The notes: generated from the sequence alone by a model not told the origin. A stretch of 64,000 nt of DNA from Negaprion brevirostris (GCA_030324005.1 JARDVH010000025.1:54132702-54196701); one strand, 5' to 3'. Shown: positions 47,560-59,462, counted from the first letter of the stretch. Numbers and translations are program-made.

Positions 47560-49750
47560 TGTTAGGCTCATACTGAGCAGGCTGTCAGGCACCGGGTCCA
47601 ATGAGGACCCAGTGCGGGGTTTAAAAACGAGAGGGGACAGTTCCCTGAAAGTTGCTAGGAGCTTTTGGGGGAGTCTGAGAGATGAAGACGAAGAACTTTA
47701 CTGCCCTCCAGGGGTGTCATTCATGCCAAGAGTCCATGGAAGATGGGAGGGCAATTCAGATAGGCAAAATATTCCCCATTTCACAACCCTGTCTGTACTG
47801 ATTAGGACATCAGTGCCAGGCACAATATCCTGATGCCCAGGGACAGGAAGAGAAAGGCCATCTCACCTGACTAACAAGGCCTAGACCAAGGTGGTTGCCA
47901 AAGTCAATGGGTACAACGTTGTGCACCAACTTGACTGCAGTGTCGCTAAAGGTTCAATGATCTCCTGCAGTCAGTAAGATAAGCGCAGAGAAGTTATGGA
48001 CTTATGCAGAGAGGTATAGTTGGATGTCTGTTCCCAGGCGTGCTCAGGGAACTGAGTGTGATGCCAGCTGGAACTGAAGTCTACCTGGTCAAGGCTGGAC
48101 TGTCAGCATAATAGGCCACAATGCACTGGAGAGGGAGGTATGCTACAGTGAAATGGTATGCTAAATGCCTAGGTGGGAGTAGGGGGCATTTGGAATGGAA
48201 CACTAATAAGCCTTTCTATTGTCCCCTGTAAGTGACAACAAATCACAATAATGTAAAAAGTCTCCATACTCCCAGGTGATCTAAGGCAGTGGCAGCTGGT
48301 GATTTAACTTGAGGATCACCAGGCCTCGGGTGAGGGGTAAGGTTGAGAAGGTGGATCTTCATGAATGATCTCAGCCAGTACGGGAATTGAATTCATGCAG
48401 TTGGCAGTGCTGTGCACCACGAAGCAGCTGTCCAGCCAACTAAGCTAACCTGATCCCCTTACCTTACCTTGCCTTACAATAATGTGGACTGCTGCTGAAC
48501 TGGCAGGAAGTCCCCAATCTGCAAATGACATTATTTGTGTTCATTATTTGGAGTTTATAGTTGGTTTGGATTTGTGAATACTGTTTTTATATTAATATGA
48601 AGTCACACCACCACTTTCTTCAATTCATTAGGTTGAATTTGCTGCATAGTTTATTAGTCGGATGTTGCAAAGATTTGTAAGAGGAGAGTTTTGTGCTGGA
48701 TTCTTCGGTTGGGCTGAAGATTCAACACATCCTTCACATCCCTGCCCCATTGAATGTTCCTATTGTTCACCTGAATGTACTCATTCTGTGCATTCTGAAA
48801 CTCATCCTCTGATCCATCAGTGGAATTATCCTCCCAGGCCTCTGCTCCTGCTTCATTTTCCTCAGCCTTCACTGGGTTGTCCCTTTGTTAAGAGTAGATT
48901 GTGCAGGGCACAGCACATAACAACTATGAGGGAAACATGTTTGCAATGATCCCCAAATCACCCTAGACATCTGGAATCTGTCTTGAGCAGCCTGATGATC
49001 CTCTCCACTACAATGTTTGTGGATGCATGATTCTTGGTGTATCTCTCCTCGACCTCAGTTTTAGGATGATGGAATGGGGTTATCAGCCACCTCAAGGTAT
49101 AGTCCTTGTTACCCAGGTGACATTTATCAAATTGTGCAGGTGTCAAGAACAGCCTTGGTACCTGGGAGTGTTGTAAGATGAAAGTGCAGGAGTGCCGAAG
49201 ATGGCACCAGTCACTAGCTTGACACAACTGCATGCAGCTGACTGTGAGATGCCACACAGACCCCCCACTGAGCCCTGAAATGAATCAGAGGCATAGAAGT
49301 TAAGGACGGCTGTGCCTTTCAATGCCACTGATCTCCATTTTCATCATGGTGACCCTCCATGCAGTTAGAGACAATTTCAAGACCTATCATGTCGCAAAGG
49401 GATACCACTGTATCCCTGGAGTATACACTGCCTGCATACTCTAGCTGCAAGGTAGTGAAGTCTTCAGCCTTGCCCTTCCTGCACCAAATGAGTGTGTGCC
49501 TGCCTTCTTGAATGTCACTGGCTAAACTCACCTTGACTCTTCTCCTTCCTGCTCTTCTCTTCCTCTTTGGAGGAGCTCCCACCAGCAAACTATACTACCC
49601 CCCTCTGCAGCAGATGCAGACAACCAACGCCTTGCAAATGATGGAACAATGTTCCCCAATCCACCCGATTACCTTCCAGAGAAGACACAAAATGCTGAAT
49701 TACACACCTCCAATGCTAAGCAATAAGTAGAAAACTCACGCAAAACTCTA
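47560..49750. mobile_element. Decayed autonomous-type PIF/Harbinger (Myb gene on +, DDE transposase on -)
   Basis: Plus strand ~47770-47980: Myb/SANT-like ..QCR*RFNDLL. Minus strand 48960-49330: VLNFYASDSFQGSVGGLCGISQSAA and LGNKDYTL.WLITP..EERY..HAST..VERII.LLK..RCL. Confidence 0.8.
48255..48450 (-). mobile_element. tRNA-derived SINE family C, inside the Harbinger
   Basis: Homologous to 29195-29410. Confidence 0.75.
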
Positions 49751-51484
49751 TACTCACACTGCTATCACAGGGAAACTTTTGTTGCTCCTGGGCCTTTTAT
49801 CCTGCCCTTGGGATGAGGAAATGGAAAAGAATGTAATGAACCTCCACCCGGTTTGCCCTTGCGACCAAGCTAGAAATTGCACAGGCAAATTTGGTGGACA
49901 CTCCTTCCTACAATGAGGGATGGGCAATAAATGCTGCCTAGCCAATGATGCCCACATATATGAACAAATGAAAAAATTGTTGAAATTAATATTCAGACAA
50001 GATGGGACACATTTGACATTTATTGACTGGCACAATTTCCCTGTATGTTTGTAAATTTAAATGTGTTTTCAGGCTCCTTATTAAATGTACTAAGATGCAA
50101 TTCATATTTCATCGAGCAAACTTTTGGAAGATCCAAAACCTTAAAACAGCTCAAGTCAGCATATTGTCATGGATGTGCGAGAAACTATTGCCTTTCCTGC
50201 TTCAAGGAGTGCTCTATTATAATGAGATTACTGTTTTGTTTCAGTCAGGGTCAGCTGGGAGAAACTTACCCCAGTTGTAAAAGGGGCCAGCATTTCATTG
50301 GTTTCTTTGAATCTCTCTCGAAGCTGACTTGTACTTTTTTCCCCTATGCTGTTCAGTTCCTATATCTGAATTTCAGAAGTGTCATGAGAAAATGATGTGT
50401 ATCAACCATATTTTGGGAGTCAACTGCAAGATCTGAACCATTAGCACGAACAACAACCCCATCGCATATTTTCTTGACTTAGAAATTTAATCCCCAAATT
50501 GTTCAAATGTTGAGCTACGATGTGTGTTAATAGTTAGGGAAGGTTATGTTCCTTGATTCTCTCACAAGTTCAGACTAGAATGGGAAAAATAAAATTCTGT
50601 TAGTCTCCACTGTGCCCCTCCGTGGAAATTATATTCTGGTTCAGAAATCCTTAACACTGCTTTTTTTAAACAGAACCAAGGATGAATTACATGAAAAAGA
50701 TTGTTGTGTTGTATCTGTGGCTGAAAAGGATGCTGAATAACAAAGGAGTAAAAAAAACATTCTTAATTGGTGCTATTTTTGAACTAACCCACAAGCACCA
50801 ATTTAAACAAATGAGACACATGACCATAATTAACCTTCGACCACAGGCAATGCTACTTCTCTGCATCTGACAACAACCATAGCAAATGACCAGCATCCAA
50901 TTAAATGCTCACAGGTTACAGATGAGACAGAAAAAAAGCAATGACCATCAACAATTAATCAGGATGATTTAAGATTCTCAATTCACATGTGGCACAATAA
51001 GCCAACTCCCACTCATAGATTAAAAATCTCACCACAGGAGTATTTTGCTTTATCAGAGAAAGTTAAAAGTATTTCAATCCTTAATTTTATACAGCACTAA
51101 CTTTCTAAGTATCAAACAAAAAAAAGCTTAAAATTCTTACTCATTTTTAACTTATTAAATAAGAAAATGTTTTTCAAAAATTATATTTTGTTAAATGTGC
51201 CCAATCCAACAAAAGAGTCATTTTCCAATCATTTCTCCAGCTATGGAGCCCCTCTGATTTCCCAAGTAAACACTGAGAAACATTCTTTTAATATTAATAA
51301 TTAAGTGACAAAAAAAAAAGATTGTCATTGCCCAACAGGCAAACAAAAACAACTTAGGCATTGTTTCTCTGTCTTAATGTGTATGTTTATTATAATAAAA
51401 AATTCTATTATTCAGAAAATACTTCCAAGTCTTACCTTCATTTTCCTATGTTTTATGGGAGCATCCAATCATACATATTCCTTC

Positions 51485-51640
51485 ACACACAACCACTCTC
51501 ACCCTCACCAACTGTCATCATGTCCCGTTCTCACCCATCTCTCGCTCATCATCACCCACTCTCACCCTCACCCACTCACATTCACCTACTCACTTTCACT
51601 CACCCTCACGCTCAGTTCAGTCACTCTTACCCACTCACGC
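51485..51640. repeat. Low-complexity (CACTCTCACC)-like repeat
   Basis: Recurrent ctcacc/cactctcaccctcacc units. Confidence 0.7.
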
Positions 51641-51797
51641 TTCTCTTAGGCTGCCCACAGCACCGGCTCTTCTCAGGCTCCCCTCCACCTTCGTTCTTCT
51701 CAGGATGAGTGGCTGAACTGACAATGGAACCCTTAAAGGGATCCTCACGGAACTCAGTTTGGGAACCAGAATGTTTGAGAGATAGGCAATAATAACA

Positions 51798-52034
51798 TGT
51801 TGTGGTTTCAAGTTATGAAAGATTTAGTATCAACAATATTTATAAATGTACAAGCAATAATAGAACTGCAATACATGTCTACTCTGTTCTCCTCCCTGGC
51901 TCCAAATGAGATACCTCCATGACCTAAGACTTGCACCCAATTGGCTCAGCTACCCACATTGCCTCCCCATAAGCTTCGGCCTGATCATGTGGCCCTCAGG
52001 GATTGCCCCCTTGAAGAGGCCACACTACTACACA
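51798..52034 (-). mobile_element. Probable 3' LTR of a Gypsy element
   Basis: Minus strand begins TGT after a purine tract (~52035-52058) and ends ACAACA; lies just 3' of the integrase stop. Confidence 0.55.
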
Positions 52035-52157
52035 CCTTCACCACCCCCCCCACCCCTCCGCACAGCCTGAGTTCACCTATGAATGAAACAAAGTAATATC
52101 ATTAAACATCAGCATGCACAACTCAAAGGACATAAGAGATACATAGGGAAAAACTCA

Positions 52158-53240
52158 TCACAAGTTCAATTTGTCAGGATACTTCTGGATTCTGGAGGAA
52201 CATCTCAGATCATTTCTATGATCTTTGGTGAGTAAAGAATCTGTGCAGGCTGTTGCAGAAGGTAAACTCATCAATCTGGGGTTGAGATCTTCAGTAGCTA
52301 CAGCTCCCTCGATTTCAGAAACGGCTAAATGTTCCAACTCCACATTTACAACAGAGATCCCTGTATCAGCAACTACTGAACATGAATTACTGCAGGAGAT
52401 TCCTGTTGATCTCTTGTATCAGGCCCAGCTGTCTTCCTCAAAGGATCCACTTTTTTTTTACACAATGACCTTGTACTTCCACAACATAAGAAACTGGTCC
52501 CGTTCTTTCCACAATCTTACCAGCCATCCATGTCGGCCCTGCTGTAAAGTTCCAGGCCAGAATTAGATCATCAACTGAGAAAACTCTATCCTTTTTACTT
52601 AAGTTATGCCTTTATTTCTGCCTAGCTTCCACCCTCCCCACCAAATCTGCATATACTAAATCCAAACAGCTCTGTTGTTCAACCCATGTGGTTGTATGTG
52701 GCGTGGTATTGTATGATAACAAGAAACTTGCTAAGCATAAATGTAATGACCTATTAGTTTGTTCCTTTCATCAATGACTTGAATGTTTGCACAGCTCATT
52801 CCGCTAACCCATTAGAAGCAGGGTGGTAGCTTCACCAGGTTGACACCTCATTTTTAGATATGCATGGTGCTGCTCTTGGCATGCTCTCCTGCATTCTCCA
52901 CTGAACTAGGGTTGATCCCTTGGCTTGATGGTAACGGTTGAGAAGGGTATATGCCCGGCCATGACTGAACATGGCTATAAATGCTATGCCATTATCTGAC
53001 ACTAAGACGTCTGGAATGCCATGGATGACAAAGCACTGCCTCAGCTTGTGAGGCTGTGGCTGTGGCTGTTGTAGACTTCATTAGTTGGGCATCCAACAAT
53101 TTGGAATGCATGTCAATCAAGGTAAAAACATGTGCCCCATAAATGGACCTGCAAAATCTATATGTCGTCCTTGTGGAGGCAAAGTCCTGCCTTCACATTG
53201 TGAATGACCTCTATCGTGTTGTGTGGCACTATCACCGTGC
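52158..53240 (-). mobile_element. Ty3/Gypsy integrase, decayed and interrupted
   Basis: HIDFAGPFMG..HGIPDVLVSDNG; YHPASNGLAE*AVQTFK; FLLSYNTTPHTTT; GPTW..GPVSYVV; YPDKLNL*. Confidence 0.9.
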
Positions 53241-53249
53241 TAAATGGGA

Positions 53250-53870
53250 CAGGCTTTAAACCGATCAGGCAACTCAAGACTGGGCATCCACGAGGTGCTG
53301 TGGGCCATCAACAACAACAGAATTGTATTCCAGCACCATCTACAACCTTATCGTCCGCCATATCTCCCACTTAACCATTACCATCAAACCAAAAGATCAA
53401 CCCTGGTTCAATGGAGATTGCAGGAGGGCATGCCAGGAGCAGCACCAGGCATACCTAAAAATGAGATATCAACCTGGTGAAGCTACCAAACAGGATTACT
53501 TGCATGCCAAACGGCATAAACAACAAGTGATAGACAGAGCTAAGTGATCCCACAACCAACAGATCAGATCTAAGCTCTGTAGTCCTGCCACATCTCGACA
53601 TGAATGACTGGTGGACAGTTAAACAACTTACTGGAGGAGGAGATCCTACAAATATCCCCATCCTCAATGACGGAGGACCCAAGCANNNNNNNNNNNNNNN
53701 NNNNNNNNNNNNNNNNNNNNNNNNNNNNNNNNNNNNNNNNNNNNNNNNNNNNNNNNNNNNNNNNNNNNNNNNNNNNNNNNNNNNNGAGGAGGAGGGTCCA
53801 CAAATACCCCCATCCTCAAAGATAGAGGAGCCCAGCACATCAGTGCAAAAGATAAGGCTGAAGCATTTTC
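53250..53870 (+). mobile_element. LINE (probably family B) endonuclease-RT linker fragment(s)
   Basis: ITIKPKDQPWFNGDCRRACQEQHQAYLKMR..WWTVKQLTGGG..NIPILNDGG. Confidence 0.8.
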
Positions 53871-54384
53871 AGCAATCTCAATTCTAGGCTGCTGATATGG
53901 TTAAAGTTGCTCTGACGTATTATAATGCCATCTTTGCATCACCATTTTCTTAACTTTTGACATTGCTAGGTCTCTTACAGAATGATTTGCTGAGACCAGC
54001 AAAGTTTCTATCAATTGCAGCACCAATCTGATTTCTGGCGGTACCAGTGGTGAAGGTCTGTGGTGGAGGTAAGTGGCTGAGTGCACCTGCATTCAATAGT
54101 TGCATCCCTGGACAATGCTGGAAAGAGTAACTGAATGCAGCTGACAATACTGCTCATCTTTGTACCCTCACAGAGGCAATTGGTGGTATGCATTAATTCT
54201 CTTGAAATAAACCCAACAATGACTCGTGATCTGATACTATTGTTACAATGTCTACCATTTATAATTAATATATAATCATACCATTTATATACCAGAAGCA
54301 TATGCCATAATTGCCCCCTGAAAATGGGAGCAGAGGTCATGATCTGAAATCGTGGAGCTTGTTGTGGAGTCTGGAAAACTGTGA

Positions 54385-54650
54385 ATCTGAGGTTGAAGTG
54401 TTGTTCCTTGAAAAAATATCCAACTTCAGGGGAAAACTCTACGAGGCCAAGGACAGAGTGGTCAGAATGTGAATGGGATGGAGAATTAAAATGACAGGCA
54501 TCCAGAATTGTGCTTGTGGACGGAATGGAAATGTTTCACAAACCTGTCACCCAGTCAGCATTTGGCTCCTCCATGTAGAGTCAAGATCATGAGCAATAAT
54601 TACCATTTGCTAAATTGAAAGAAATACAAGTTAAGTACTGTGTCAGCTGT
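54385..54650 (-). mobile_element. Penelope GIY-YIG endonuclease remnant
   Basis: Minus strand: TCISFNL..LY..LGDRFVKHFHSV..CHFNSPSHSHSDHSVLGL. Confidence 0.7.
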
Positions 54651-55548
54651 AAAATTAAGAAGTGCACTGCGTAACATAACTCATCAAGAGGATTCTATTT
54701 CATGAATACTTCTAAATATAGATTCTTCCTCTGATTTTCTCTTCCACTCCTTTGAGCTATATAATGCCATTAAGTGAGACAATCTTTGAATAGCATCATT
54801 TGATTTGCATTCCACATCTTACTCAGTTGATGTGTGCACAGCTTTGCATGTATATATTTTTTCTCTTCAGCTGTGACATTAACCTCATTCCCACTAACAA
54901 TCTAACAGCCGTGGAGGAGGCAGATTTGTAATAGAAACCAGAATAACTGGACTCAGTCCATCTTATTATTCTTATAGTGGAGCTTCCACAGCAGAACAAT
55001 GCTTTGAGACCTTTTGTTCTGGGATTGGGAGGAACTGCGTTTTCCTTCCAACTTTCAAAACTTCCATTACACCCTCATCAAAAAACATACCCATCCATCC
55101 TCTCCAACAATTTCCCTCTATTCAACTTTTTTTTCCTGATTCTGAGCCAATCATTCTTAAAATTCTGAACTTTTCCAATGTAATTTTTTAAAATTCTTTA
55201 TTCCAATTCAATCCAATCAAATCAAATCCAATTCAGAGTCCCAACAAGTTGAGCCATTCTCGATCCAAGCTGACAAGACAGGGCTCTCACCTCCTGTCTT
55301 GGGCTTGATCTACATGATCCAAGCTGATTGGANNNNNNNNNNNNNNNNNNNNNNNNNNNNNNNNNNNNNNNNNNNNNNNNNNNNNNNNNNNNNNNNNNNN
55401 NNNNNNNNNNNNNNNNNNNNNNNNNNNNNNNNATTCCCGATCCAAGCTGACAAGACAGGGCTCTCACCTCCTGTCTTGGGCTTGATCTACATGATCCAAG
55501 CTGATTGGGGTAGGTGTGGTTCCTCCTCCAAGGGTTGATCTTATTTGC

Positions 55549-55572
55549 ATCTTAGCCAAAAGGCCGAGATGC
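55549..55572 (-). pseudogene. RNU2: U2 snRNA 5' fragment (nt 4-27)
   Basis: GCATCTCGGCCTTTTGGCTAAGAT matches 23/24 nt of vertebrate U2, with nt 7-27 exact. Confidence 0.85.
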
Positions 55573-55641
55573 TGCTTTAAATAGTTACTTCAAATGAAGC
55601 TGAAATGCAACCCAATGACTCCAACCAAGCACAGCACGTCA

Positions 55642-55673
55642 ACACCACACCCGATCCCAGCCAAAAAGCCGAG
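55642..55673 (-). pseudogene. RNU2: U2 snRNA 5' fragment (nt 8-39) with A>G substitutions
   Basis: CTCGGCTTTTTGGCTGGGATCGGGTGTGGTGT versus U2 CTCGGCCTTTTGGCTAAGATCAAGTGTAGTAT. Confidence 0.75.
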
Positions 55674-55675
55674 CG

Positions 55676-55800
55676 TGAAAGATGTGCTGGTTAGGTGCAT
55701 TGACCCGAAATGGCACCGGACTGTGACGATTAGGGAATTTCACAATAACTTCATTGCAATGTTGATGTTATCTTACTTGTGACTAATAAATAAACTTTTA
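55676..55800 (+). mobile_element. HE1-like SINE 3' half with alternative tail
   Basis: gaaagatgtgctggttaggtgcattg...acttgtgactaataaataaacttt. Confidence 0.75.
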
Positions 55801-55949
55801 TTTTACTTTACTGTCATCAACTCCACAACTCTACCATTAATTCAATTCAATTGGCTCAGCCTATATCAAACAAAATATCTTATTCAAACAGTAGTGATCT
55901 TCGAACCTCATATCCCACTTTGCAGCACCAAGATCACTTATTTCCATTT

Positions 55950-56385
55950 CTGAAACATTGCTCAATGCACACGACCTCAGCATTTTTCACAATGCCCTTT
56001 CAACCATTGCCAGTGACTGTACTCAGTGTCCTCTGGTTCTCAATCCTTCAACCTTTGCAACAGTTTCTCCCTGCCAACTCTATCCAGATCTCTCATGATT
56101 TTGAACACCTCTATCAAAAATCCTCTCAATATTTTCCAAGAAGATTAGCCCTAGTTTCTCTAATCTGTCCACATAACTGAAGTTTCCCATCCCTGGAATC
56201 ATTCTTGTCAATCTTTTCTGCTTCTTCTCTAAATAGTGTCACCTAAAACTCCAGTTGAAGGTCAACCAGTGTTATACATAGGTTCATCCTTGCTTTCATG
56301 CCCCATTTATAATGCCCAGTATTCTGAATGTTTTATTAATTTTCTCAACTTGCCTTGCCAGCTTCAATGGTTTCTTCACATATAG
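55950..56385 (-). mobile_element. Old CR1 3' region
   Basis: Similar to 63500-64000 (cacataactgaagttt..cctggaatcattct). Confidence 0.55.
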
Positions 56386-58679
56386 TAACTCACTCAGAAC
56401 TTTGTCATAAATGATTGATGAGTTTGTTTGATTTACAAACATGCACAACAAGCCATTCAGCCCATTGTGTTCTGGAAATCACATTTCCTAGAATGGAATT
56501 CTGACCTTACATTTTGCTAGTTTGAATCAGTGGATCGCCATTTTCATTGCATTTCCTTGCCAATACTTCAAGCAGCAGTTCACAGAAAAGGCAGTGTGTT
56601 TGTATCGCTTGAACAGAACCAGTACATTATGTTAAACTATCAATTTGGTATTACATTTATGCTGAAATTAAGATATATTTAATGCAGTTTTGATTGGCTT
56701 TTGTATCAACAGCAAAATATTGTCAGAGATACCTTAGTGAGATGGGTACAGAAAATACTTTGTAGAAAAGAGTCCTTGAGTCTAGGACTCAAAGAGTCCC
56801 AGAAGAGAGTCCAAAAAAAGGACATTTTTTTCAAACATTTAATATCTTATGCATATTTATAAAGCTCCTTCTCAGCAGCCTTTTCTCATTGTGAAGAGCT
56901 GATGTTTGTCCACTTTTTTCTTTTAACCTAATTGTGTCACTGGGATCTCTTCCAGAGTTTGAATATTTTCCTGTTTCTCTGTGACAAAACCTGGACACAG
57001 TGCACAAGGTATGGTTTAACCAAAGTATTGTACTGTTTCAGCATTACATGTATGACACTGTTTAACAGTGTAGAGCAATGTTNNNNNNNNNGGAATTATT
57101 GGACCACAATGAATGAATGTATTAATTGTTACATTTATTAACGCAGCTACAATGTTAATCCAGCTCATTGAATGATTCTGCATTGTGTAATTTGCATTTG
57201 GGGTGTATAACATTAAACATTAGAGTCCATTTTCAAGCTATTCATAAATATTCTTAGCAAACACATTTCTTACTCAACGTATAAGTCTCAATAAATTCCA
57301 TCTGTCACTTTCTGAATGTACATTCTGGAGTCATACTGTACATACAGACTCCTAGTTGATAATAATATTTAGCTATGTGTTTAGCTGAGAATCTCCACTC
57401 CGATATGATTCCCATACTGTCTCTGTGCCATTTTTGCCATTTACTGATGTAATGATGTAATTACAAGTTTATACCACTTACACTATTTACTGTGAATTCA
57501 AAACATATGACAGTATTTGCATCTTTGGCAGATTAATGTGAAATAATTCAGGATCCAGTAAAGAGAGATGGGAAGAGGAGGTTAGAATTTCTTTGGTTAA
57601 TTGACCAGAACAAATGTAAATCGATCACAGCTGCTGATCAGTGACAAGTTACAAAACTAACTACTGGGCAACTAATTCCTATAAAAAGAAGGCTTATGTT
57701 ATAAAAAAATGCACTGGAAGCACATTTTCAATATCATCTGTCCTGGATTAACTACTTGTTTATTTATGTCCTGCTTTAACAATGAGAAACATAAACATTT
57801 ACAAACCAGTTGGGAATCTCCCAGTGTGGTATTGGAATTTGTCTCAGTTTTCATTCCTGGATATTTCAATGAACTCACCCAAAAGAAAATTTGATTATTC
57901 AAATTTATATTAAATTACTGATCCTTCATTCCGTACAATGCCTGAAAAGCTTAAAGAGTTTTTGATGCTGGAAAATTTCAGATGGGCCAGCTATATTATG
58001 AACTCTGTACTGAGACTAAACCTTGTATTAACTGAAAATGTGTAGGTAGGTATAACTTGGATTTGAGGTCACCCAAATCAGATTCTCCCAATTAGCTTTG
58101 AGGACAGGTTTATGTTGCTTCTATATCATAAAACAAAGAGAAATTCAGTAAATTTCAGGAGACATACTGGATTTTTCTTAAGCATGTTAGCTTCAGTAGT
58201 TTGGGCAAAGCCTGTGAGCAAAGAATCGGAAGAGGCTTGTGTGTGGATCGTAAAGACTGGGGACAGACCTCTTAGACTAGATGCCTGTTTCTGTGCTATA
58301 AATCCTATGTAATTCAGTGTAAACCAATGTGAACCCAATTTTATAGATCAGATCATCTGGCTCACACTACTCAACTTGGTATCACAATGCCCTAAAACAG
58401 TATACAATGATCGTTCAGTTTGGGGAGACATATCACAAAATTTAAGAGCATTGTTCTCATATTTTCCTTTAAAACTTAGATGGCATTTTTCATAATGTTT
58501 CTAACATATAGGATTTTTTACTATAAAAAACGTATTCTCTCGTCTTTGGATTCTATTTTTAAAATGTCATAATTGGTGTGGTGTGTGATAGTGTTGAATT
58601 ATAGGAAGCATTATTATGAATTCAGAATTTTCCTTGCAGGTTCATTATATAGTATTTCAAGCTGCAAGTGACTAGTGGA

Positions 58680-59215
58680 AATGGTGAAAGGCCAAAAGAG
58701 AGCTCAGCCATGAGGTGACATTGGACAAATATTGTTATCACTATGTGTGTAGGAAGAATTTGATTCTTGTGAATGTTGAAGGAAGTTCAAAGTAGCATAA
58801 TTTACTTCTTCTTAAAAATTGGACACAAATTTATGTTAGTAAAACAATTGACATGATATTTTTGGATTGACCATTATGGACAAGCGAAGGCAGTAGATTT
58901 TGTACTAATTGGGTACAATCTGCAGCTTCAGGTCCAGAGATGAAGATGTGTTTCTGGCTCATATTCTCCAGGACCCCAAGACTTGGTGCCAGACAATTGA
59001 GGACACCAGGATAATGCCGAAAGCAAGAAGTGAGGAGCACTTGCAAAGATACAAAGGGAGACAGACAGGACATGCAAGTGGAGGAACCCAAGACTTCTTG
59101 GAACTGTTTAATAGAAACATGGGTGTGAAGTGGAAAATGGTGGCAACTCAGATGAGATTTACCCGTGCAACATTGTAGCACCAAGAAGCAAGAAATTGCC
59201 CAAGACATTAAAAGA
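58680..59215 (+). mobile_element. Probable Gypsy RNase H-integrase linker remnant
   Basis: KRELSHEVTLDKYCYHYV resembles EKELLAVVFxxxKFxHYV; GYNLQLQ..FLAHIL resembles YDLxxxY..LADxLSR; heavily decayed. Confidence 0.45.
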
Positions 59216-59224
59216 CTTTCGGGA

Positions 59225-59462
59225 AACAGTAGTGTATTTGTAATGTTACTGGATGAGGGAAATTAGTGACAGAGACCTAGGCTAACACTCTCGAGGGCAT
59301 GGGTTCAAATCACACCTCAGCAATTGGTTGGATTTAATCAAATCTGGGATTGACAGCTAGTCTCAGTGATGGTGATTTGTTGTAAAAACCCACCTGATTC
59401 ACTAATATGCTTTAGGGAAGACAATCTGTCATCCTTACCTGGTTTGGTCTACATGTGACTCT
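59225..59462 (+). mobile_element. tRNA-derived SINE family B 5' part (remainder at ~60665-60720 and ~60880-60945)
   Basis: gggttcaaatc B box; ttcactaat..tttagggaag..atccttacctggtttggtctacatgtgactc. Confidence 0.75.

Larger units (their letters stand above)
55190..55673 (-). mobile_element. Candidate U2 snRNA-headed SINE-like structured element
   Basis: Two U2 5'-end copies, tandem hairpin modules and a (GATTT/GAATT)n tail; contains a 100-N gap with duplicated flanks. Confidence 0.65.

Noticed and set aside
50268-50360. Minus-strand ~90-nt open frame (ELNSIGEKSTSQLRERFKETNEMLAPFTTG) ending at a GTAAGT donor
   Set aside because: Weak acceptor and unrecognised peptide; unsupported without RNA-seq
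53981-54068. AG...GTAAGT-bounded 88-nt candidate exon
   Set aside because: Stops in all three frames and no other support
55257-55508. Apparent ~75-bp tandem duplication inside the U2-headed element
   Set aside because: It straddles a 100-N gap and differs at only about two edge positions, so it is probably a haplotype or overlap artefact and was not counted as an extra module
55549-55673. Functional U2 snRNA gene
   Set aside because: Only the first ~39 nt are represented; the Sm site and 3' stem-loops are absent
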